Origin: Diadema antillarum
Taxonomy: Eukaryota
NCBI RefSeq assembly: GCF_040938485.1
Contig: NW_027271552.1
Location: 930,001-994,000, forward strand
DNA length: 64,000 nucleotides
Direction: 5' to 3'
Below are positions 24,101-34,239 of the stretch, one piece after another. Made by a program: the position numbers and the translations under genes. The notes under the pieces were generated by a model that was not told the DNA's origin, made no database searches, and was given only the letters and a program-made list of their open reading frames with translations. The first letter of the stretch is position 1. Each line of letters opens with the position of its first letter.

Positions 24101-27100
24101 ATAACTTTAGCTGATGTTCCCTCGACTGAAAGACCGGACGCCGTACACTTGAAGTCTTGGTCGGTGTCGTCATTGGCTGTAACAGTAATTGTCTCGAGTC
24201 TTTCGAAAGTTCCGTCTGACAAAGTGTACTGGTCGGACCACAGCGGGGGCAGTACTCGACCAGACTTGCTCCACATGAGTGAAACATTTGGCCGAAACCC
24301 CGTGACTCTGCAGTCAAGATGAAAAGTTGGGGCTTCCCTCCACGTTTGGATGGTACACGAATTCGTACTGCGGACCTGTCCGACACACTGCTCGATGATA
24401 TGCTCAGTCGCCTTGGCTGCCAGAAGTGACAGTGATAAGTGTGGTGACTGATTCAAGAACGATTGATGACAACAATTAAAGGTAATACGCACGTGAAGAG
24501 AACAATAAACAAAGAGCATAATTGTGAAAATTGGATGACATATCAGCAATGATGTAATCAGTGTGTTTTACTGCTTGTATCCAGCTCATTTCAATTCAGT
24601 TCACTTTATTTCATTTTTTTCTTCTTCCATAGAACCTTACATAATATATGACTATTAAATATGATCTTAATACTACAACATTATTGACTGTACAACGTAA
24701 ATTTTACATGTTATTTGTGTATCGAAAGCATGTCTACATAGTTTCAGGCAAACGTATGTTATATTATGCATAATTCATTGACGACAATGTTGCACAATAT
24801 AATAATTGTTCTCTACATATATACCTTATTCTGCATGTATAACTTTATGAGAATTAAGATTGAGTAAGCTTACAATCCAATTAAAAAATCTTCATTCCAT
24901 GTAGTTTCAAACACTTATTGTTCACTTGCATAGACACGTTAAAAGAAAATAATCGTGACATTATGGAACTACCTAACATGTTATATCACAATTTTCTTCT
25001 AATAAATGCAGGTTGGCAATGTATTTTTTTCTTTTTTCTTTTTGCAGGAAAACAAATGCACACGCAGTTATTAAACCAGGCACTTAGGTTGGCGTGCATT
25101 CGCATATTTGGTAAACCTTACGTGATATATGACTATCAAATATGATCTTAATACTACAAAATTTTTGACTGTACAACGTAAAATTTACAGGTTATTTGTG
25201 TATCGAAAGCATGTTTACATAGTTTCACGCAAACTTATGTTATATTATACATAATTCATTGACGACAATGTTGCATATAATAATTGTGCTCGATATATAC
25301 ATTATACTGTATGTATAACTTTATGAGAATAAAGATTAAGCTTACAATCCAATTAAAAAATCTTCATTCCATGTAGTTTCAAACACTTATTGTTCACTTG
25401 CTTAGATACTTTAAAAGAAAATAATCGTGACATTATAAAACTACCTAACATGTTATATCACAATTTTCTTCTAATAAATGCAGGTTGGCAAAGTATTTTT
25501 TCTTTTTTTTTTCTTTTTGCAGGAAAACAAATGCGCACGCAGTTATTAAACCAGGCACTTAGGTTGGCGTGCATTCGCATATTTGGTAAATCTTGTAAGG
25601 TATGCTTTGTGTCGTATCTATTTATGCATCACCTGTTAATGACGTATGATTTACTACGAAAATGTCAATGAAGAACAGTAGCACTTTTGCGTTCCTTTTT
25701 TGAAGAACGTTCTTTTCCAGTAAAAGAAACACATTGTTTTTCTTCCATTGATTCACCTCCCAACAGCAATCTCTTGCATCTAATATGCCTGCAATTTCAC
25801 AAAAGTTTCACTCACATGACAAGAATATTGTATCGTTCTGCTGTTTCTATTTTCAGCAATCGTGACAACTCATATAAATCAAAATCATCATCTCCGTTTT
25901 CCATTCTTCTATTTTAAGAGTATGTAAACCCTGCTTTGGTGAACTGTTAACTTACCATTTATGGTGAGACTGGTGGAGTTCGAGAAATCCTGGAAAGACT
26001 CCAGAACCACTTGACAATGGTAGTTACCCTCATCCGCCACCTCCAGATCTGTGATGACGAGATTGAAGCTTGTGTCGATAACAAATCGTTTCTCCTTGCT
26101 GGAGAACTCCCCGTTGAAGTAAGTAGCTTTGTTCGTCAACTGTTCAGGTTCTGATCTGTTTTCTTTCGACCAGTACACAGCGAAGGGCTCCTCGTGGAAG
26201 ATGCATGGCAGTCGGATGTCTTCCCCTTTCCATCCTTCAGCGATAGGGTCGGTACCTACCATCGAGGCTTGACAAAGGTGTGTGACGAACGTAAGACATT
26301 AAAAAAAAAGTAGGCTAAGTTTGCAATATTTCATACATTATTTCAGCATCTTGGCAAGAATCAGCTGCTGTATATTAAGCAAATTGACTACGAACCTATA
26401 GTGTTCCAAATCCTTCCATGTGGCAGAACGAAACGCTTCGCAAAAAGCGTTTCCTTTGCACATAAAGATTCATTTGGCTATAATTTTGTCTTTTTTTTAG
26501 GGGGGGGGGGGGCACCACTGCATGCGTGCTGATAATTCGTCATTCTGTTTCCAAATGAAGCCCATTGCTATCCATTAAACAGGTATTATCTGATTTCATC
26601 TTACGGTGTGAATTGTTGCTACCTCGTTGAACTAAGGGTTACAATCAATCAACTCTGTTTGTTTTTTTCTGTTTTTTTTTACGATGAACACTATGATCAC
26701 CTCAACGAGTGTTGAACATGAAACACTGAAGAAAACCTTGAATTATTTCCATCAAGATGGAAAAAAGAAGGTAAAGCATAGGTCCTAAATAATATCAACC
26801 CAACTGTGCAGTTCAATGTTCAAATGTACGAGAGATATTCATTTATATAACACTAGACAAACTGGTAACTACAATGTACATTTACCCATCGTATGTTTCA
26901 TCGCAAAGATCTGTTAAATATCAAGAAGTACATGTTGGTAATTCTGTGCCTGATGAAATGAATTACGTCCTTCCCTTGCCTCTTTTACACGTATATAGAT
27001 ATAAAAGATATTTCTTAAATAATTTTAGTTTTTGCAGAAATTTTATCAAACATTCACGTGATGTCTTCAATGTGTATTTTTACACATTTTTCACTCATAG

Positions 27101-27265
27101 TTTGCCTGTTTTTATGTTTTTGTGTTATTTGTCTTTCTTTCCCTTCTTTTAAGCGTATCTGTACATAAAATCTCAAGTGCTAGTCCAGCCGTTACAGGAG
27201 AAAGACCAATGGCCTCTGCTGGCTCCTCCATTTTCTCTCTTAGAATTTCATTTTTTTCTATCTCC

Positions 27266-27303
<38 letters not shown>

Positions 27304-28919
27304 ATTGTACATGACTGTATACCGTTACCAAATGTATTGTCATTTATCTCCACTTTGTTCTTTGTTACATGTATTTTAATGAGAATTTTGGAAATAAATG
27401 AAATGAAATGAAATGAATCACCGGCACAGCTGTAAAATGCCAGCACTATTACTGTTCATCATCAGTGCAGCGAGTCATGATATAACCAGATAGATATAAC
27501 ATCGACGAATTTCGTTCTATTGGCAGCCGCTTCCCAAAGTCCCAATAGGATAACAAAAAGCTTTCCCTCATTACTATCAATTCTCGTATAATCATCATAC
27601 CCACTCTTTTATCTTTCCCATATGAATTTCCTTTATGCACTTGTGCATCTTTTTCCACTTATTCCAATTTACAACCTGCGTCGTCTTTTACACCGTGTAC
27701 CCTCAGCGACAAGATTAGGTCCAATACTACTATTGAACAAAATTATATGTATATCACCAATGTGCGAGCAAAGATCATGTTCCTTGAAACATGGACCTTG
27801 TCGTTTAAGTACACATATATCTGCTTATCTTTCTTTCAATGGGTCGATATACCACCATGATGATATCAGGTACAAAGTACATATTTTCTGCAGTAACAAT
27901 AAATCCCTTCTCCTCATGCAGTCATAGTATTCACTCCACGTCACGCACATGCCAACTGAGCAGTGGAAAATTCCCCTAAACGTTTGCAAAGTCATCTTCT
28001 ATGTAAATTTCTATCATAATTCATGATGACTGAAACTACGAAAATTTGAAGACGTGAAGAAGGAGCTGCAGGAGAGTACCATTCGCACGCATCATTGTCT
28101 CTTGGCCTACCTAGCCGGCAAAAGATGTGTCTAAAATGCCGTTATAGTACACTAACAACTTCACAATTTTAGGGCAGACAAATTGCGGTTCTCTGTGCAA
28201 TATTTCGAGTAATTTCTGCAAATCTAAAATATCACCAACGCATTGGGCCTACGACTAAATCTGCAGGGAAAAAAGCCTGTGCAGTAAGCTTATCGCACAC
28301 TATATACGACTTTTACACTTGTAAATAAATCAGTATGGTAATCATTTGTCTCAGTCAGCATTTTCAACAGCATTCCTGGGAAAAGACAATCACATCTCCT
28401 CTCCTGCTAATGATCAATAGTGTTGTCTGTATGAGTAGCTTAATTCCAAAATCACATTCCAGCTTTACTACTCGTTCAAATTATAAATTTAAATCAAGGA
28501 AATTGATTACAACAAAAAGCAACATATTAAGCCCATATATTGAATTCAAAAAATGAAATAGAGTATTCATTGTTCTCTTTCATTACGTTTTAGTGAACTA
28601 AGATTATAATCATTACAGGGTTTTTTTTCTGAATATCTTCAGTGTCCTAGAGTATGACTTAGGAAGGAAAATATTGGTAAAGATGAAGAATACACAGCAC
28701 ATCTTCATGCTACTAAGAGGTACAACACAATTATGATGAAATAAAATTGAATTGAACTGAATAGACTTCAATTGAATACGTAGGTTGGGACTTGAATCAA
28801 ATTTCTTGATGCAAATACAGTTTCAGAAAAATATGTGTAAGCTTACCTTTTGCAACAGGACCACAAGACACACAAGCGGTCGCAATGAGAAGAAGAATGA
28901 GGTCCTTGCTTCTATCCAT
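16057..28919 (-). CDS. Gene A (10 exons, 574 aa): signal peptide-IgV-IgC2-TM-IFI44-like GTPase-CaaX
   Basis: Exons 28919-28847, 26267-25956, 24416-24081, 23594-23466, 22875-22828, 22057-21896, 19761-19600, 18980-18893, 17947-17880 and 16403-16057 all have GT..AG boundaries. They sum to 1725 nt with no internal stop, and every coding exon 2-10 has a counterpart in gene B. Confidence 0.88.
16480..16550. repeat. (TA)n microsatellite (others: TG ~5210, TA ~18150, CA ~19865, TG ~27268, CA ~36640, TA ~38690, CA ~42357, TA/TG ~43010, TA ~52432)
   Basis: Direct reading of the sequence. Confidence 0.95.
16559..17155 (+). mobile_element. Interspersed repeat (unclassified DNA element); second copy at 55747-56370
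   Basis: Starts TGTGACCGTGCATC(G/A)CAAAACGAAC and is collinear over ~600 bp with 55747-56370. The copies lie in non-homologous introns (A intron 9, B intron 1). Confidence 0.75.
17880..17947 (-). CDS. Gene A exon 9 (TEMGQQEAHKFIYEFFEAVKTIHG)
   Basis: ctgcag acceptor, G|GTAGG donor, 68 nt, phase 2-1. The paralogous exon at 42842-42775 has identical length. Confidence 0.86.
18893..18980 (-). CDS. Gene A exon 8 (HGCRSMGGQHRIKKDKSQECHAAVLVYHK)
   Basis: ttttcag acceptor, AC|GTGAGT donor, 88 nt, phase 1-2. CHAAVLVY resembles IFI44 IHCVAFVF. A paralogous exon lies at 45100-45013. Confidence 0.86.
19600..19761 (-). CDS. Gene A exon 7: GTPase switch regions (G2 Thr in GGGQTKQ; G3 VQDNRG)
   Basis: ttgacag acceptor, C|GTAAG donor, 162 nt. 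DxxG follows a beta-strand. About 76% identical to gene B exon 7 by hand count. Confidence 0.9.
20896..21035. other. Assembly gap (140 N) in gene A intron 6
   Basis: Run of N. Confidence 1.
21896..22057 (-). CDS. Gene A exon 6: GTPase G1/P-loop (VNINLFGQMSAGKSAFINSIFFAFK)
   Basis: GxxxxGKS follows a hydrophobic strand, in the same context as IFI44/IFI44L (RILLxGPxGxGKSSFFNS...FxG). 162 nt, donor G|GTAAG. Confidence 0.92.
22325..22436 (+). repeat. Degenerate (TAACCC/TAATCC)n tract in gene A intron 5
   Basis: accataaccctaatcctagacctaatcctaaccttaacccaaactctaaccctaaatctaacccc... Confidence 0.7.
22828..22875 (-). CDS. Gene A exon 5: 48-nt cytoplasmic linker (GLSRIPGWKKPLIDPR)
   Basis: ttgcag acceptor, A|GTAAG donor, phase 1-1. 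The IPxWKKP motif is shared with gene B exon 5. Confidence 0.82.
23466..23594 (-). CDS. Gene A exon 4: transmembrane helix (IALGIGLTLLFVVLITVLFFATG) plus juxtamembrane
   Basis: 129 nt, phase 1-1, with a ~23-residue hydrophobic stretch followed by KLLQIYKPELIPD. Homologous to gene B exon 4. Confidence 0.88.
24081..24416 (-). CDS. Gene A exon 3: C2/C1-like Ig domain (CD80-like C2 type)
   Basis: LDCRVTGFRPNVSLMW...DQDFKCTASG. Acceptor ggcag, donor G|GTAAA, 336 nt, phase 1-1. Confidence 0.9.
24633..25589 (+). repeat. Direct tandem duplication of a ~480-bp unit in gene A intron 2
   Basis: 24633-25113 and 25114-25589 are highly similar (aaccttac...cgcatatttggta). Confidence 0.9.
25956..26267 (-). 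CDS. Gene A exon 2: V-type Ig domain
   Basis: RLPC...VYW...LVITDLEVADEGNYHC carries the B-strand Cys, C-strand Trp and DxGxYxC motif. It is 312 nt, phase 1-1, with donor G|GTAAG. An in-frame TAG acceptor 12 nt downstream is an alternative. Confidence 0.92.
28847..28919 (-). CDS. Gene A exon 1: signal peptide MDRSKDLILLLIATACVSCGPVAK(G)
   Basis: ATG, basic n-region, hydrophobic h-region and small residues, then a phase-1 G|GTAAG donor matching the phase of the IgV exon. Confidence 0.8.
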
Positions 28920-30584
28920 TACAACTGGAGGGCACCACAATGTGGAGCAGTCAATGAATGAGACAATTTGGATAAAACCAAATGAGGGCGGATTGCGATG
29001 GCACTAGTGACAGCATGAAATTATTTGGTCAAATAACTGCAACAAACGGTCGCGGGAGTGGCGCGATTTCGTCGTTCATTGTAACGTGCCGTTTCAAGAT
29101 GGTTGGGCCTACTTTGTCCAAGGTAGGATTTCCTGCACCGATCCGAGCCCCGCCAAACTATTGTTCGTTATACTCTCCTCGTGACGCCTGGCTGTTCTGA
29201 AGTATTTTGCGCTGAAATGCTGTGTCAAAGGTCCGTATATCTCGCACGCTATATTTGAAAGATGCAGAGCACCTATTACATGGTTTGCCTGTCTGCGAGT
29301 TTTCCCTGTAACGGAAGACGTAGTCCAAGGTCCAAAGGGAGATTAATTTATGTGTTTACCCAGTGTAATACAAAGAGAGTGTACAATCATGAATTCAAGT
29401 GCACATGATAGGGGCATGCACGATTCTTATTTTCTGCAGCAAAATGATATGGTTTCATTTATCTGAATTATTCCATAATAGAGCATTCGCCAATCAATTT
29501 GATAATTTATTGAGTGTCTTATAGATGCATTATTAATTTTCAGGGTAGAAGTTTATTTCCACATAAAAATCAATTATTCCTATAATTATGATAGTATAAG
29601 AACGCGAACATATGCTATTATTCTATGAGAAAAATATCTGAGGCAAAGTATGGATAATCCTTAACTATTGAATGAACAACTACTATGTAGCGGGCGGCGT
29701 TACATGACTTGCTGAAACATTCAACGCATGACGACAAGATAAGCATACATGAATCCGTTAATTGTCACACAGCTTTAAGGTTTCGGCACACCAAGCACGG
29801 TAACTGCAACGGTTCTATTTCTTGCTATGCTGCGCCAGAAGTAACAATATCTACTTCTGTTAAAAAAAAAATGAAATCTCTAATTCGGTACCAAAACAAT
29901 CACCAAAATGATATTTTTATACTCAAATCAAGATCAACAAAATCACGAGATGACAATTTATTTTGTAACAGAATTATTAGCAGGGAACTGATATCTTAAC
30001 AGAAGCAGACATTTGGCGCACCATGGCAACAAACAAAAACGAAAACAAAATAAAATTAAACAAAACAATAACAACAGAGGACCATTGTCGTTACCGTTCT
30101 CGGTGTGCCACAGCCTTAGTTTTATACGACTGCTAATGATAAAAAAAAAAATCATCCTGCTCTACTAATACATTATCATCCTTCAATCTTGCGCAGTCAA
30201 ATATTGACAACATATGCACTACATGTATTTCATTACTTTACATTGAGAGCTTCTGGTTAAAACTGTGGGTAGAGGTGACTCGATAATGGTGCCTTTCAGT
30301 GAGGGGTGCATCTCTGAAGTAGTACTCGAGGTAACGAAGTCCATAGTCTTGACCATAAACTTGAAGTCAGGGAGAACATATTTGCTTTACATTTTGATCA
30401 AAAACTTCAACAAAAAAAGAGGAATAAAGTTTACGGAGTTTCTTTACAATTTGATGCCGATCGGAAGCTGGCGCTTTATTCGTATCAGGCCACTGACTAC
30501 AAAGAAAGTGATCATTAAAAAAAGGCAAAAATGTAGGAGCCGTGATACAACAAAAGTTGCCCCCACAAATATTCAAGCCTTCCT

Positions 30585-30773
30585 ATGGCCGTTGAATACT
30601 TGCATTTTGAGGAGTTGATTGTTATCACAAGGTCGGACATAATTTCACAAAGAGAGCACCCTACTGCATGTACTTGTAATGGAATACGTCGTAATAAAAA
30701 CTGCCGATGTTTTCGAAATAGTATACCGTGGAGAGTCAAGCTTGCAAATATTCGGAATTTGTTGAAAATGTGA
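30585..30773 (+). mobile_element. Possible decayed C-terminus of a Ginger/KRBA2-SCAND3-type integrase (CXC-like Cys cluster)
   Basis: ISQRE...CTCNG..RNKNCRCFRNSIP resembles the ISLRE...CxC..C.T.RCxCxK motif at the end of these transposases. The upstream frame contains stops. Confidence 0.3.
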
Positions 30774-31144
30774 ATGATATGAAGCTCAATCAACCAATCA
30801 CTTTAATAGCGGATCCATCTTCTTGTAAAAATATAATATACTAAAACTTTTAGACATGCACTCATCAGAGTAAAATTGCATGAATGAACAGAAAGCCAGA
30901 AACGAAACAATATAAAGGAAGCGAAGGAAACCATACGGGCGAAATGGCGAGCTGTGATTGGCTGTCAAGGTAAACAAAATTAGCCTTTCTGCCAGCCGTT
31001 TGGTTGACTAATGCTAAAATAATGCAAGCGTTCATAAAAATACGAACTCTTTCTGACGGCACAGAATGGGTTCCGTGAGCTGAATGTATACTGCTTCGAG
31101 CATGCGCAGATGCGTGAAACTTCTCGCTCGGCTGAGAACCTTAA

Positions 31145-31547
31145 AGGGGCATAGTCCCGGTGGTGTAGATGGCGCTGTTGATGATACTGCCGAAGATTAC
31201 CGAAGTAGAGCTGTCATCAAGAGTAAAGTACGTAGGTGTTGCTAAGTAACGTTGCCTTTGTTGTCTTCTCTGCGCAACGCGCAGTCTGTAGTAATGCCAG
31301 GGTGCGTGCATATGTGCTTGTTATTATCACATCACAAAAGAAGTTTGCTAAAGCTGTAATCCCCCTCAGCCGAATCATGAGCCGAAGTGTGATCGGACCA
31401 CTGACTACAGTGAATCGGTCTTCTTCGGACTCGGGAAAGTGGGCCAAAGCGTAAGCGCCAAAAGAAGTCGATAGCGTAGGTCTCTATAGGAAACTTGCGC
31501 CGTGCGCCCGCGTACGCATTTGACTAAAACACGGGGACCATGCACCT
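31145..31547. mobile_element. TTAA-target MITE, family 2
   Basis: TTAA|AGGGGCATAGTCCC ... GGGACCATGCACCT|TTAA. Confidence 0.7.
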
Positions 31548-33499
31548 TTAAACCAAGATGGATAGTATTGTTCCGCGCACTCTTCGTTGTAGGCGCACTA
31601 GGCGTATATAATAGTATACATATAATATCATATTATTATTATGACGTGCACAATACAATCTTGTTCTGATAGACCGCTTTCTTCTTCAGTCACATTGCCA
31701 GACGTATAGATTCCCAAGCCCTTCGTATTTCGTCTATTTCTTTTTTTTTTTACCTTTGCGATTCAAACTCGAGAGGAAAAAAAACCCCACGGCGCTTAGA
31801 TATTATTCTTTCATGCGCCATGATATCACATTTCTTGTTCTAGGAGCTCGTGTATCATTTGAAGAAAAAAGAAAAGTATAGTTCTGCAACATTTGCAATT
31901 TTCCCTCCTGCAGAAAGGAGGGAATGGTAAATACATCCCACCCCTTTGGAGTGATGATTATCGTGAAAAGTTGTCTGTCACTTTCTGACGGAAATATAGT
32001 TGTACCATGGTTGTACAATATCTGTTGAGTAAAACAACGAATGCGAAATTATATGGTACTAGTAATGACGACTTATATTTGTCGAAGATGGGCAGAATAT
32101 ATTCCCTATTCTGTGAAAGTCCCAAAATATTCCCGCTATGATGTTGAAGTTTTTTGCCGAAGGATGCCGAGGGTCAAGAAAAAATTGCAGTCATCAGACA
32201 GAAATCACGGTTAAATGAGTTTATTATGAAGAATCACTGAAACATATTTACAGGGATGGATTTTGAGGAAGTCTCGCCAGGCATGAGAGGTGCGATGCGT
32301 TGAAGGACTTATGACTAACTAAATACAATAAGCTAACAAGACTGGAGACCGTTTCTGGACTGGTTGACTCTTTATCTCTTTCGTTGGTTATAGATTACTC
32401 TCTCGCTGTTCAAACACGCGTTTCGCTCTTAGCTGACAAACTCTTCGCTCCATCTCCTCTCAATAATTCTTCCAAGCAAGTAAACCCCAAGATAAACATA
32501 AAGTCTGCCTTATACCCCTTTCAAACAAGCTCCTCTTGTTCGAGAGTGATAAAGAGGACCTGTCATGAAGGTCATGAGAAAGACGGTTATCGCGCTGCGG
32601 AGAAAAGAAGAAGGACGTCTTTGAGAACATAGATAAGAAATTCAAAGTCATACATGTAGGGAAGGAGAGGATACAAGGACAGGAGAAAGTCAAGATAAGA
32701 AGCAAGCACAAAGGGTTGAAGGACAGTGAGAGTTAAGGGCAAAGGGAGCAAGCTGAAAAGGCTGAAGGACAATGAGAGGCAAGGGCGAAGGGTAAGGCAA
32801 GGATTCTGAAAGTCAGGACAAAGTTGAACTTAGGAGAGCAAGACAAGAGTTCTGAAAGACCAAGCAAAGTCAAAGTGAGAAGGTACAAAGCGAAAGTATT
32901 GAAGTGAGAGCAAGGTCAAAGCGAGGGATGCACAGAAAGGACATGTGAGGTCAAAAGAACAAGCGAGCACAAGGTCAAAGTGGTGAGAGCATAAAATAGA
33001 CTAATTAATGAAGGTCAGAAGGACAAAGAAAGATGAACAAAGAGAGAATTCCGCTGAATGCAAAGCAATTGACATCGAGCTAGCTAAACTTGTAATTTGC
33101 AATAGCGTTGGCGAGACATCCTTTACATAGATTTGTACAATAGGCTAATTATGAAAGCAATGAAAAACATGTGTAATGCTATACACATGATGTTACATCA
33201 AACATCTGACCAAAATGCGTGACAATATAAAATGACATCATAATTTCATCAAATCGCTTAGAATTAACGAGAAAGACATAGTGTCGTCATTGACAATAAA
33301 GTCACAGAATCTGGCTGTAAATTGCATTTACACAGAAAATTCAAAGACATGTCTTATGTTTAGGAACCTGTATACAGCCAAGAAGAAAGCAACGTTCGAA
33401 ATGACTCATGTATGTATTTCGCTTTATTTGAAAGAACAAGGCAAGTGCCAAATTGTGTCTCGCCCATTCGCGTACAAGAAATTATTATTTTTCTAACTC

Positions 33500-34237
33500 C
33501 CAGAAGTTCATTGACCCGCCTATGACCTTTGACCTTGTGGTGACCTTCAACTCCCCAAGGGACATTTACCATCCAAGTTTGGTCACAAACGGACAAAGGG
33601 ATCAAAAGTTATGAGCCATAATCGAAACGTGCCATAAAACTTAATGGGCCCTAAAGATTTGTTGACCCCTTTCTGTGACCTTTGACCTTGTGATGACCTT
33701 TAATTCCTCAAGGGACATCTACCGTCCAAGTTTGGTCAGAAACGGACTTAGGGATCAAAAGTTATGTGCCACAATCGAAACGCGGCCTGAAGACTTAACA
33801 TTGGGCCCTAAAAGTTTGTTGACCCCTGTCTGTGACCTTTGACCTTGTGGTAACCTTCAACTTCCCAAGGGACATCTACCATCTAAGTTTGGTCACAAAC
33901 AGATAGATACATCAAAAGTTACGAGCCATAAACGAAACGCGCCCTAAAAACTTAACATTGGGCCCTAAAGTTCATTGACCTCTGCCTGTGACCTTTGACG
34001 TTGAGGTGTCCTTCATGTTTGGTAAAATCTGTAACTTTGTATAACCACTCTTCCCTCCAAGTTTGATTGAAATTGAAATCCTCAGTAGAAAGTTACTCAA
34101 GTTTTTGTAGCGTTACGGACAGACGACGGACGGACGGATGGACGACGAACGGACGACGGACGGACGGATGAACGACGGACGGACAGACGCTGCAGGCGAT
34201 CCCTTATTCTCCCCACTCCTCCGGTGGGTTCGACAAA
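33500..34237 (+). mobile_element. HINE/DINE-1-like Helentron derivative: 3.5 x ~155-bp tandem units + (GGAC)n microsatellite + 3' hairpin
   Basis: TGACCTTTGAC anchors at 33523, 33676, 33833 and 33989. (ACGG)n-like tract at ~34114-34188, CCCAC-N7-GTGGG stem at 34212-34228, then AAAAA. Confidence 0.65.
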
Positions 34238-34239
34238 AA

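Noticed and set aside
27960-27980. GGAAAATTCCCC kB-like motif in gene A intron 1 and (GAAAT)n as an IRF site near 27395
   Set aside because: Short motifs expected by chance in AT-rich DNA, with no conserved counterpart seen in gene B.
32150-32280. MPRVKKK...: possible psq-type HTH of a pogo transposase
   Set aside because: Too short, interrupted by stops, and no TIRs or DDE region were found.
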